Source of the DNA: an uncultured Acetobacter sp.
Lineage (GTDB): Bacteria > Pseudomonadota > Alphaproteobacteria > RF32 > CAG-239
DNA: 55,856 nt
Reading direction: 5' to 3'
Assembly: GCA_964416205.1 (NCBI GenBank)
Contig: CAYQDC010000004.1
Span: 1 to 55,856, forward strand
In this document: positions 9,202 to 18,475 of the stretch, in pieces
Position numbering within the stretch: position 1 is the first letter of the stretch
Layout: the number at the start of each line of letters is the position of its first letter
Translations under genes and position numbers: made by a program
Notes under the pieces: model-generated
What the model saw: only the letters and a program-made list of their open reading frames with translations
What the model was told of the DNA's origin: nothing
Databases searched by the model: none

Positions 9202-10541
9202 TGGTATCCCTCCCAGTTTTCTTCTTTATAATCCTTTTCTTCCGCAACAGTAACGGCTTCGTTAACTGTTTCGGCTTCTTCGATTATCTGATTTACATAT
9301 TCTTCGGTGAGAATATATTTTTCCAAATCAAATTCCTTGTACGTCCCGTTGGGTGTCTTTGCCCCTTCTGCGTTTAACAGGGCACGCGCCGCCATGTATT
9401 GCAGGCGGGCGCTTTGCAGCTTAGCATACATCAAAAGAGCCCGCATATTTTCTATTCTAGTGGCGGAATACGATGAGATGGCCTCCAGTTCGTTAGCTGA
9501 TTTCGGCGTATTTTGGAAGAGCTCATCTGCCATATATGTCCGGATGGGAATTTCCCGCCGCAAGCTGGCTGTTACCTGCAAGAGGTGTGCCGCCGTATTG
9601 GTCAGCAGATATCTGCGTTGACGTGTTGCCGCGTCAACTTTGGTCTGATGCTGAAGTCGCCCCTCATCTCCTCCGGACGAGCCTAAACTTGCAGAATCAT
9701 AGAAATAACGCTCAATGAAGTCGGTATAGTCTTTTTCCGTCGGGCTGAACCTGTCTATAATACCATCCTGATTTTCCATGCTCCATTCCAGCTCTTCATT
9801 GCCTTCAGTCTTGTCTACAAGCGTCGATTCATCTTCTTCGTCTTCTTCCTGCAACGCTTCAATACGTTTTTCATAAGTTACAAATTGTGGATCAGCATCT
9901 GTTCCTATTTTGTTTTTCTCCACTTCAAGGATTGACAGTTGCGCCGATAATTCCTCTTCTAATTCCTCTAACTCCTCGCAAGCTGTAACCAGAGCATCAT
10001 ACTCCATTTTAAGTGTTATGTATTCGTCGTAGGCAGCTTCGGACTCGCCGGGAACAAATTTTACTTCTTCATATTTTTGCTGGGCACTTTCCATTTTTGA
10101 TTTGACCTTATCCAGATCACTCTCTTTTTCCTTTCTGGTGGCGGCGGCTTCATCAATGCTTTTTTCGGCTAGTTCTATTTTACTATCAAAATACTCCGTT
10201 CTGGCCGTAACATAAGCTTCTTTCTCGTTTTCCATCGCTTCCAAGTTTTTCTGTTTTGTTCCTTTGACGATTTCTTTTATATTTTTCTTTATTTCAAGGG
10301 TGGCGTATTCATTAAAATAATCTGTACCGATGCCGAACAGCGTTTCTTTGTTTATACCCTGGGTGGTCAACTGTTTGATCTGAGAAACTTGTTGCGACAA
10401 TTTGGTGGAAGCGTCGCTTACCTTATTAACCCATTCACTGATTTTGGCTGCCAATGTCGACGCGTCAATAATCAACGCCTGAGCAGGAACTGCCGTATTC
10501 AACATTAGAAAACAAACCAAACTAACCGTTATCTTTTTCAT
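9186..10541 (-). CDS. Secreted VirB5/TrbJ-like helical protein with coiled-coil insertion (451 aa)
   Basis: Signal peptide AQA|LIIDASTLAAKISEW, QQVSQIKQL, and a helical C-terminal bundle; located in the virB cluster. Confidence 0.55.
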   Translation of the reverse strand: MKKITVSLVCFLMLNTAVPAQALIIDASTLAAKISEWVNKVSDASTKLSQQVSQIKQLTTQGINKETLFGIGTDYFNEYATLEIKKNIKEIVKGTKQKNLEAMENEKEAYVTARTEYFDSKIELAEKSIDEAAATRKEKESDLDKVKSKMESAQQKYEEVKFVPGESEAAYDEYITLKMEYDALVTACEELEELEEELSAQLSILEVEKNKIGTDADPQFVTYEKRIEALQEEDEEDESTLVDKTEGNEELEWSMENQDGIIDRFSPTEKDYTDFIERYFYDSASLGSSGGDEGRLQHQTKVDAATRQRRYLLTNTAAHLLQVTASLRREIPIRTYMADELFQNTPKSANELEAISSYSATRIENMRALLMYAKLQSARLQYMAARALLNAEGAKTPNGTYKEFDLEKYILTEEYVNQIIEEAETVNEAVTVAEEKDYKEENWEGYQWLEK

Positions 10542-10547
10542 TTTCAG

Positions 10548-11255
10548 TTACTCCTCCATCTCTGATCTGTTGGTTTGTTCCGTCAATTCAGCCGCAGCAA
10601 CCCCGCTGTTCATATAGGCTCGCAACTCCAGAATCCGGTTAAGGCGCTGTTGTGTAGCGATATCCACAATATTTTGCGCATTCAAAATCTCATCTATATT
10701 TTCGTTGTTAAAACTGGACTGGTACAGAGAGCCATCCTCAAGCAATATGCTCTGACGTGTGGCAACAGCCTTGGCAAACAAAAGTGCGGTATCGTCTAAA
10801 ACAATTGCATTTATCTGTCGGCGGTTTTCGTTTATTCTTTCAAGGTCATCACCTTGGCCGCGTTTATAAATATAAGTGTCTTTTACTACCTCAACTAATG
10901 ATGCATCTGTTTTCTTTTTCAGATTTCCGGACGAAAGTTCTTCCGCTCCCGGCATTACGCGAATCTCATCCATGGTTTGAATATAAAACATCTTTGAATC
11001 CTTTTCCCATGTTGCCAGAGCTTTTGTATCGCAACTTTTTGGGTTTTTATAGCAACTTTTAGCCATTTCAAATCCCTGTCGTGCCCTTTTTTCTATATCT
11101 CTCAATTTTTTTTGATATTCCTGTACTTTATTCTCTACATCTTTGTATTTTTCGAGCACAGCCTGAACTTGCGCCATTATATCAAAGATCGCATAGGCTT
11201 CACGCGAATAAACGAACAAAGACAGTATTAAAATTATGAAAAACTTCTTTTTCAT
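10548..11255 (-). CDS. Secreted VirB5/TrbJ-like helical protein (235 aa)
   Basis: Signal peptide AYA|IFDIMAQVQAV, all-helical, typical VirB5 size; TAATG coupling with the upstream gene. Confidence 0.55.
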   Translation of the reverse strand: MKKKFFIILILSLFVYSREAYAIFDIMAQVQAVLEKYKDVENKVQEYQKKLRDIEKRARQGFEMAKSCYKNPKSCDTKALATWEKDSKMFYIQTMDEIRVMPGAEELSSGNLKKKTDASLVEVVKDTYIYKRGQGDDLERINENRRQINAIVLDDTALLFAKAVATRQSILLEDGSLYQSSFNNENIDEILNAQNIVDIATQQRLNRILELRAYMNSGVAAAELTEQTNRSEMEE

Positions 11256-13462
11256 TAGCCTTCCCCTTCCTCTGACTGGCCAAAGTATGTGTAATCAAAT
11301 GTCATTAAGTCTTTTAGTATTTCTGTTTGTTGATTTTGTGCATCGGCATCTATAAGACTTAAAATCTGCATAGTTGTGTAGTAATTCATCTGGGCACCGG
11401 CAGAGTAATCATCACGAGCTGTCGTGCTTTCTTTTATCCCATCCTGCATACTGACAATGTTCCGTTCATAACCGGTAGGCAAATCTTCTGGATCCATATA
11501 ATCCAAACTAGACTTGTAAGTATTTACTGCCGCTAAAAACAAATTGAAAAAAGCTGCATCGTTATATGCTTTCTTTTGCTTTAAGCGCCATTCCTTTTTT
11601 ATTTGGTCGCCAACACCACTACTACTCTCATCCTCGCCCAAACTTACCCCTTTTGCATATTTATACAGGCAATCAGCTATATTTTGTTCTTTTTCTAAAA
11701 TTGATGTAGCGTTATTTTTATCTTTTGCCGATATGGAAATATCCTTGGCATCTAACTGGCAAATTGATAAAATCACATTTGGAAAAATGACTTTATCCTC
11801 TACATTTTTATTTTCTTCCTCGCTTTCAAGGTCACTGCTTTGCATTGTGCCGCGGTTTTCATTTGTCGCTGTTACAAATTCAGAATCTCTGCCGTCCAAA
11901 TATAAATTTGTATCTTCACTTAAATCTCTTATCATACTTTTGGCTCTATTCAGGGCATCAACCCGACGAATATCACTCCATATTTTTGGGGCTTCAATAT
12001 CCGTCATACTCATCAAAGAAAAAGCGCTACGAGTATTATCCACATCTTCTAAAGTTTTGCGCAATATATACAAAGTTCCTTCGTTACTGTCATCATCTGG
12101 TTCCATGGCGCTCCATGTCGCGGCAGTTTGCTTGGCTTTACTCAAATTAACAATATTAGCAGAGCTGTAATCCTCCAAAATGTGTTTATACACACCGTTT
12201 TGTTTATATGGTTCATACAAAGTTTCTTCGTAGATATTTGGATACAATTCTTGCTCGGCCTTTGCTTTGACGACGCAGGTTCTGAATTTCTCCGGACTAT
12301 CCTCTATATCTTCGGCCTCTAAACCGTTACAGCCCAATTCTGCTGACAACAAAAAACTTTTATCCGATGACACGGCATAGATCCCTGTCAGCCAGACTGG
12401 ATGATTCTCTGAGTAGAAGTTGAAAGCATAAAATTTGTTTGCTTTTTTTTTGAGGGCAGAAAAATTTTCGCTTCCATCTGAATAATCCCCCGTGTCGCTT
12501 ACAGCATCAAGAATATTTTCCTTAAGAGTATCCAACTTGTCCGCTATTTCCTGAACTGCTGTTATCAATCCGTCAATTGTTTCCTGATCAATGGCGGCCT
12601 CCATTGATGCAATAGTTTCCTTAAACTTTTCTCCGGCGCTTGTTAACTCTTCACGCGTTATTTTTCCGCTGTAATAATCACTTATGGCTAAACTGTAATC
12701 ATCAAATGCGGCTGCTATTTTTTCACTGTATTGCTCATTATAGCTTTCTTTAGCATCAGAGATAATTGCTGAGGCATTTTCTTTTAATAATGTTATTTCA
12801 TTTTTAATTTCCTCGGCCTGCTGAGTTAATTCATTTTTGACATCTTCATCTAATTTTGAATAACTTTTTATTTCTTCAATAACCGCATCTATTTGGCTAC
12901 TTTCCTGGTCCAACGTATCATTTATTTCCTTGCCGATTTCATCCAGCTGATTATTTATTTCTTCTTTTCTGGCTTCGGCTTCTTCTCTGGCTGTATCAAC
13001 TGTTTCCAGAACATCTTCTTCCTCGGCTCCTGAATCTATTTGGCTTTCTACAGTTTCAGTCAGATTTTCTGAACTTTCCTCTTCGGTTTCCTGTGCTCCG
13101 TTTAATATATTATTTATTTCATTAACCTGACTTTTCACAGTTGATATGGTATCTTTTGCATTGTTTAAAACTGTGGTTACGCTATCTTTTATATTGGTAA
13201 TGGTATTTTTTAAATCTGTGGCGTATTTTTTAACGGAAGCAACCTGATCACCCACAATAGTAATAGTTTTACTTATTTGCTGTAGCTGGCTGGTTGCGTT
13301 GCTTACCTGGTTGATGCCACTTGCTATAGTTTGTGCAAAAGAGGCGATCTCTGACGCATCAATTACTGGCCAAATAAATGCTTGAGCCGAACGCCAAATT
13401 AAAAGACTGCCGCAGATTACGGCAAATGCCATAATTTTTACACTTTTGCTTCTCTTTTTCAT
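11255..13462 (-). CDS. Secreted VirB5-like multidomain protein (735 aa)
   Basis: Signal peptide then AQA|FIWPVIDASEI, resembling the VirB5 PVxD N-terminus; the N-terminal ~330 aa are paralogous to 13529..14557. Confidence 0.6.
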   Translation of the reverse strand: MKKRSKSVKIMAFAVICGSLLIWRSAQAFIWPVIDASEIASFAQTIASGINQVSNATSQLQQISKTITIVGDQVASVKKYATDLKNTITNIKDSVTTVLNNAKDTISTVKSQVNEINNILNGAQETEEESSENLTETVESQIDSGAEEEDVLETVDTAREEAEARKEEINNQLDEIGKEINDTLDQESSQIDAVIEEIKSYSKLDEDVKNELTQQAEEIKNEITLLKENASAIISDAKESYNEQYSEKIAAAFDDYSLAISDYYSGKITREELTSAGEKFKETIASMEAAIDQETIDGLITAVQEIADKLDTLKENILDAVSDTGDYSDGSENFSALKKKANKFYAFNFYSENHPVWLTGIYAVSSDKSFLLSAELGCNGLEAEDIEDSPEKFRTCVVKAKAEQELYPNIYEETLYEPYKQNGVYKHILEDYSSANIVNLSKAKQTAATWSAMEPDDDSNEGTLYILRKTLEDVDNTRSAFSLMSMTDIEAPKIWSDIRRVDALNRAKSMIRDLSEDTNLYLDGRDSEFVTATNENRGTMQSSDLESEEENKNVEDKVIFPNVILSICQLDAKDISISAKDKNNATSILEKEQNIADCLYKYAKGVSLGEDESSSGVGDQIKKEWRLKQKKAYNDAAFFNLFLAAVNTYKSSLDYMDPEDLPTGYERNIVSMQDGIKESTTARDDYSAGAQMNYYTTMQILSLIDADAQNQQTEILKDLMTFDYTYFGQSEEGEG

Positions 13463-13528
13463 CTTCTGTCTCCTTTTGTCGTCTACGGCCTTGCTTTATT
13501 ATATAATCCATAACCTCTTGATATAGTT

Positions 13529-14557
13529 TTAATTTTTATTCCTGATTTGTTTTTTTATATCTTCTGTTAATATTATCAATTCTTCTTTGACTTTTGTTTC
13601 ACGGCGATTGATTTCGTCAAGAACTTCCTTATCAGGCATTACGTTAATGCCTGAAATTTCTTTTTTCAGCCGATCTCCAGCTGCAAAAACCGCTTCTTTG
13701 TTTGCTTTACCGCGCAGGAATTCATTTACCAGTTTTTCGTAGTTGCTTATTCCATCAGCCACTTTGTCTTGATATTCAAGATTGTAATCCTCTTTTACTG
13801 CCTCCATTACCGCAATTGCCCTATCAGAAACGGCCTGCTTTTCTTTCTTCAATCTTGCCAACCGTTCTTGCAATTTGGTTCTTTCGTCTGCAGAGATATT
13901 CTCTATTTCTGTCAAGACTTTTTCAAGACGAATAAATACATTCTGACTTTTTTGCATTGCCTGGTTCAAGGCACTGATTGAAGCATCGAAACTATCATTG
14001 ACACGTTCGGCAACTTTCCGACTCTCCTCTTTTACCGTTTCAAAGCCTATACGCACTTCTTCTGCAGCATCCTCTTCCGGGGCATTTTCTGTTGAATATT
14101 CCGAAATTTCTTCTTCCTCTTCCTCTTCTATGGAGATGCTGTCATCCAAAACATCTTTGATTTGACTGGTTAATCCGTCGGCCAATCCGCTTTGTGCCTC
14201 ATTTGCCTCTTTCAATGCACCGGTTATGTTATCAAAATCTGCATCTACACTGGAATTTTCACTTATCGTATCCTGTATATCATTAACACTTCCAGTCATA
14301 TCCTGGATATTTTCGCGTAAATCCTGGCTGAATTGGTTTATGGTATCAATGCTTTCGCCTATCGCCTTGATAGAATCTTCCAGTTGTGCTAACTGTTCTT
14401 TGGCCTGCGATAAACTGTTTAATGACGTTGTAACGTTGGATACTATCGGAACTATCTCACCAAAGTCCAATACCGGCCAAAAGGCTTGAACCTGTTTAAC
14501 CGGAAAAAGCGATGTGCAACAAAACAAAATTGCAATATGTCGCTTACATTCACACAT
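13529..14557 (-). CDS. Secreted VirB5-like helical protein (~342 aa)
   Basis: ATG 14557 preceded by AGGGAGGGA RBS (the track uses upstream TTG 14575); VQA|FWPVLDFGEI; paralog of the 735-aa neighbour. Confidence 0.6.
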   Translation of the reverse strand: MCECKRHIAILFCCTSLFPVKQVQAFWPVLDFGEIVPIVSNVTTSLNSLSQAKEQLAQLEDSIKAIGESIDTINQFSQDLRENIQDMTGSVNDIQDTISENSSVDADFDNITGALKEANEAQSGLADGLTSQIKDVLDDSISIEEEEEEEISEYSTENAPEEDAAEEVRIGFETVKEESRKVAERVNDSFDASISALNQAMQKSQNVFIRLEKVLTEIENISADERTKLQERLARLKKEKQAVSDRAIAVMEAVKEDYNLEYQDKVADGISNYEKLVNEFLRGKANKEAVFAAGDRLKKEISGINVMPDKEVLDEINRRETKVKEELIILTEDIKKQIRNKN

Positions 14558-14590
14558 AATATCCCTCCCTGTCAAATAATATTTTTCGGG

Positions 14591-14619
14591 ATTTTACCAT
14601 ATTTTTCATTTTTTGTCAA
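14591..14619 (-). promoter_or_regulatory. Sigma70-type promoter for the VirB5-like array
   Basis: Minus strand TTGACA-N17-TAAAAT with extended -10 TG, 5 nt after the virB4 stop. Confidence 0.65.
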
Positions 14620-14624
14620 TAAAA

Positions 14625-17078
14625 TTATGTACCCATACCATCCAAATACTTTGTTACAAAACCATCTTCCCCATATTCTTTAACAAGGCTGTCTACCAAC
14701 AATACATTCTTGATACCGGAATTGTACAATTTTAAATATGGGCCCAAACCACTTAAATTCACATCCAATATAACTGATTCCCCTTCTCCGTTTTCCCCCG
14801 CATCCGGTCGCTTTAATAATATTGCGTAAGGACAATCACGATATGATTTCCCGCTGACAAAATCATACTCACTATCGGTTAACTTCCATTTAGCATACGA
14901 TTCAGTCGTTGCCTGCGTATTACGGAAAAATATCATAGTTTTGCATTGTCCGCGTACGGCATCACCTACACCTAATTCATCAACAATATTTGGCTGTTGG
15001 AAAGCGCATAAGTAGGCCTGGCGTTTTTTACGCCCTTCCTGCAGGCCTTTGATAAAATTATCCCTAAACATTTCATGTTTTAACATTGGCGCCGTTTCAT
15101 CTATCATAATCAATGCTGGCGAACCGGTTTCTGTGCTTTCTGTCTGAATACGGTGCATAATGTAACTGATGGATGCCGCGGCTAATGTGTCATCATCAAA
15201 AATCTCCGTAAAATCAAAAGCAACAAAACGGTTTGAACTTAAATCTAAGCTATCATGTTCTGCATTAAAAATATTGCCGTATTGATCTGGATTAATCCAA
15301 CGATACAATTCACGCCGCATTGTCCCCGTCGGCGAAAAACAGCTTTTGTATAGATTCTTTAATACGCGTTCTTCAGGACGTAAATAATCAAAAGCTGTTG
15401 TAACCGCTCGTGCAGCCTCACGTTCTGATAAGGCATCCGTTGCCATTGTGATTGATTTCAACCAGTTGCGTAAAAAGGCGCGATTGCTCATGCTATCTCT
15501 TGTGTCAAACGGATTAAGCGATACATTTTTGCGATCACCACTAAATCCGACATAAGCACCCTTTACCATGTGTGTGAAAATTTCAGCACCACGATGGCGG
15601 TCAAAAAAGTATACACGCAAATCACCGTGTCGCATTGCCTGTCCTGCCAAAAAAGTAAGCAAGGTTGTTTTACCTTGACCGGTCGGACCAACAATACAAC
15701 AATGCGCCACTGCTGATTCAGCTGGTGAAATATGAAATTGAAAACGGTACGGTGATCCGCTCATTGTACGGAAAATAGTAATAGGGCCTTCTCCCCAGTC
15801 GCTTCGCGGCAATCCGGTAGACAATTGTTCAAAAGATACAGCCAATGAAACAACACGTGATAAATAGAAATATGTCCGGCCACAGGTATCGTATCCTGGA
15901 AACTGGTTAAAGAAAGTGGCCTGTGCTATCCAGTTTTCGCGAACAGGAGTAACGCTAAATAATCGGCATATACGCTGTACTTCACTTTCGCCGAATTCTA
16001 TTTCTTTGATTGTGTCGCCTTTGAGAATAAAGCTCATAGAATATTCTACCAGAGACTGATGATCGGCATCGCTGTCTTCTATTGCGGCCAGAGCCTCGCT
16101 GTATTGTGCCACAACATCAGATGAAAAACTGGTAACTTCGGACATTTTTTGCTGCTGAACCAGAATCATTCGCGCTTTCGGTTTAAAAAGCGGATGGATA
16201 TTATGCAAAACAGTCATCTCGCAGTCAATGGCCAACAGAGATGAAAGCATGCTTGCATCCATGTTATCTCCGGAATTACGTATGCCGATGGTTAGAGCAT
16301 ATTTTTCTTTTCCGCCGGAAAAAAATTTGATTATTCCTTCTTCTCCGGTGAAATGTATGCCATCGGCAGTCATCAGTTCTTTAAGTTGAAATCCCTGGGC
16401 TTTTCTGGCTTTCGGCAACGGATGACTTATCGGATTTAAGATACGGACAAAAGGATGAATAGGGCTGAGTTCCGCTGGACTTTCTTCATCTTCATACATT
16501 ACTTTTATGCCATAGTCATTTAAGTTTGCTACGACTGACTGTGAGGCATAGTTTAAATCTTTGACGGCGTCTTTTTTATCTTCTATGGAAAGAACAATGT
16601 AGTGGTCATTTTTATATACACGACTTAAACTTTCACGCCACCTGTCATCTACTATTTTCAACCATTTATTACCAAAATCTGCTTTATTCTGTTTCATGGA
16701 AACACGCTCGCGTAAAGTAATGACCCGGCAAGTTATCTGTAAATCCGCCATATTGTCCAACCAGGCTTTGCGTGCCTCGAACATGGATAATATCGTTTCT
16801 TCCCGGGCAGATGTTAAATCTATACCTTCTACTTTGAAAACACGCACATATGTTCCGTTTGTACATCTCAGCGTTGAACCGTCTGATAACAGGCTGTCAA
16901 ACGGCAAGAAGTCAGAAACACGTGATTCACTTGGCTGTGGCAGAACCCATGTTCCGATTTTTGACACCAAAGATATAGCAATGGCCGCTGCTGTGATAAT
17001 ACCTAATACTGCAACAAACGCGTCCGTGCTCTGCAGGCCGGCCATAAATAATGTATAAAAATCAAAATCAAGGTTCAA
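14625..17078 (-). CDS. virB4: VirB4-family T4SS ATPase with an N-terminal hydrophobic segment
   Basis: Walker A GPTGQGKT, FFDRHRG, LNPF, Walker B IMIDE, GRKK...FQQP; 817 aa; follows virB2-virB3. Confidence 0.95.
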   Translation of the reverse strand: MNLDFDFYTLFMAGLQSTDAFVAVLGIITAAAIAISLVSKIGTWVLPQPSESRVSDFLPFDSLLSDGSTLRCTNGTYVRVFKVEGIDLTSAREETILSMFEARKAWLDNMADLQITCRVITLRERVSMKQNKADFGNKWLKIVDDRWRESLSRVYKNDHYIVLSIEDKKDAVKDLNYASQSVVANLNDYGIKVMYEDEESPAELSPIHPFVRILNPISHPLPKARKAQGFQLKELMTADGIHFTGEEGIIKFFSGGKEKYALTIGIRNSGDNMDASMLSSLLAIDCEMTVLHNIHPLFKPKARMILVQQQKMSEVTSFSSDVVAQYSEALAAIEDSDADHQSLVEYSMSFILKGDTIKEIEFGESEVQRICRLFSVTPVRENWIAQATFFNQFPGYDTCGRTYFYLSRVVSLAVSFEQLSTGLPRSDWGEGPITIFRTMSGSPYRFQFHISPAESAVAHCCIVGPTGQGKTTLLTFLAGQAMRHGDLRVYFFDRHRGAEIFTHMVKGAYVGFSGDRKNVSLNPFDTRDSMSNRAFLRNWLKSITMATDALSEREAARAVTTAFDYLRPEERVLKNLYKSCFSPTGTMRRELYRWINPDQYGNIFNAEHDSLDLSSNRFVAFDFTEIFDDDTLAAASISYIMHRIQTESTETGSPALIMIDETAPMLKHEMFRDNFIKGLQEGRKKRQAYLCAFQQPNIVDELGVGDAVRGQCKTMIFFRNTQATTESYAKWKLTDSEYDFVSGKSYRDCPYAILLKRPDAGENGEGESVILDVNLSGLGPYLKLYNSGIKNVLLVDSLVKEYGEDGFVTKYLDGMGT

Positions 17079-17358
17079 ATTTATGCCCTTTCACCTTATA
17101 TAAATTATGCGGAATAACATTAGTTTGACCAAAAGCCTGTATCATTCCTGACAAATGTGGGTCTTTAGCACCCAAAGCAATAACAATCAAATGGCCAATG
17201 ACTATACTGACAATGAAAATTAATGGGTTAACGTCACCTATCCCGATTGCCATGAACATGAAAGGAATTTGTAATCCAGCATTCAACGCTGTCGGTAAAA
17301 CTGGTCCCCAAAATAATTTTGGGGGATTTGCTACCGCTTTTAGGATAATGTCTCTCAT
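17068..17358 (-). CDS. virB3: VirB3-family T4SS membrane protein
   Basis: 96 aa, LKAVANPPKLFWGP, two hydrophobic segments, KDP motif; overlaps the virB4 start. Confidence 0.8.
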   Translation of the reverse strand: MRDIILKAVANPPKLFWGPVLPTALNAGLQIPFMFMAIGIGDVNPLIFIVSIVIGHLIVIALGAKDPHLSGMIQAFGQTNVIPHNLYKVKGHKFEP

Positions 17359-17459
17359 CTGGCCTGCTCCTTATCATGTCTTTAAGATTTTATGCTAGCA
17401 AATCTTACAAAATTATTAATTTTTATTATGACTATAAGATTAAAACGGCTGATCGTTTA

Positions 17460-17825
17460 TTAATGTCCCAAACTGCTGTTTGATCTACTTCCCATGTTGT
17501 CATCATTAAATTCTGTAGCTAAGTCGGCGTGGCCGCCTGAAAAATAATCAATAATGCCTCCCGTGACCGATAACATGCACAAACTGATGAATATATAACC
17601 CAAATGTTTAAAATTAATTTTTCCGCTGATGGCTAAAAACGTAAACATAACTATACCAAAGCAGGAAATAACATACGCTAAAACACGCAGTTGCCGGACA
17701 AACTCAGACGTTTTATCCTTTAGTGCACTAAATACATTTTCATCTGCAATGGAAACATCGCAAAAAGTTACCAAACATATTGCGCAAAGCACACAAAACA
17801 GGACTATTTTTTTGTTTTTTTTCAT
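17460..17825 (-). CDS. virB2: VirB2/TrbC-family pilin (copy 3)
   Basis: Signal peptide plus two hydrophobic helices joined by AISGKINFK; upstream of virB3. Confidence 0.7.
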   Translation of the reverse strand: MKKNKKIVLFCVLCAICLVTFCDVSIADENVFSALKDKTSEFVRQLRVLAYVISCFGIVMFTFLAISGKINFKHLGYIFISLCMLSVTGGIIDYFSGGHADLATEFNDDNMGSRSNSSLGH

Positions 17826-17836
17826 TATTCCTCCCC

Positions 17837-18160
17837 CTAAGCTCCTGTCATTACATTGGCTGGAATATTTTCAGCGCCAGATGGTGCAAACAAGGCAACA
17901 AATCCTGCGCACAAGCTGATTACTACTAAACCAATGATTATGGCCGTTAACCATTTCCAGTTTATATTACCAAAAAAGCCACCTATGCATACGGCAATAA
18001 TCCCTACCGCCGAAGCAGGGTATATAATTTCCCGCAAGCCGCTGAAAATATCCTGCCCTGCACTTTTTAATGTTCCAAAATCGGCCCAAACCTTGGAAGG
18101 CTGTAGCAAGCATATCGCAAACAGCACTATCCATATCCATTTATATTTTAGATTTTTCAT
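17837..18160 (-). CDS. virB2: VirB2/TrbC-family pilin (copy 2)
   Basis: Signal peptide VWA|D; helices joined by GFFGNINWKW. Confidence 0.78.
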   Translation of the reverse strand: MKNLKYKWIWIVLFAICLLQPSKVWADFGTLKSAGQDIFSGLREIIYPASAVGIIAVCIGGFFGNINWKWLTAIIIGLVVISLCAGFVALFAPSGAENIPANVMTGA

Positions 18161-18272
18161 AACGGAATCTCCCTCCCGATTATATGAGATATTGTAGCAT
18201 AAACATAAAAAATATTCCAGAAAAAAAACTCTTCTCTTGTTTTACGTAATACTTTGTTTTTATATATTTTTT

Positions 18273-18299
18273 TGTTTTGTAACAAAAATTTCATACTTC
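18273..18299. repeat. 27-bp motif, copy 1 (tgttttgtaacaaaaatttcatacttc)
   Basis: 25/27 identical to 18940..18966; 113 nt upstream of the virB2 ATG at 18160. Confidence 0.75.
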
Positions 18300-18428
18300 C
18301 TCAAACTGATGTCGTTTTAACCATCTTTCAAATATTCCGAACAGCCAATAAGCTGCTCTATAGCTACCTTTTTTTTAACGATATAAAATAGATGTAGTTT
18401 TAATAAACCAGTTGCTTTAAAAATGTAT

Positions 18429-18464
18429 AAAAAAGAGCGCCGCAATGCGACGCCCTCTTTTTTT
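18429..18464 (-). terminator. Rho-independent terminator after virB2 copy 1
   Basis: Minus strand GAGGGCGTCGC-ATT-GCGGCGCTC followed by a T-tract, with an A-tract on the other side. Confidence 0.75.
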
Positions 18465-18475
18465 GTTGCTTATTA

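Noticed and set aside
3727-14557. Rickettsia-like tandem virB6 genes
   Set aside because: None has a polytopic hydrophobic VirB6 core; all look soluble after the signal peptide.
17947-17954. TTAACCAT inside virB2 copy 2 (a similar match lies in tsaD)
   Set aside because: Within coding sequence and explained by the KWLT codons; not counted as a CtrA site.
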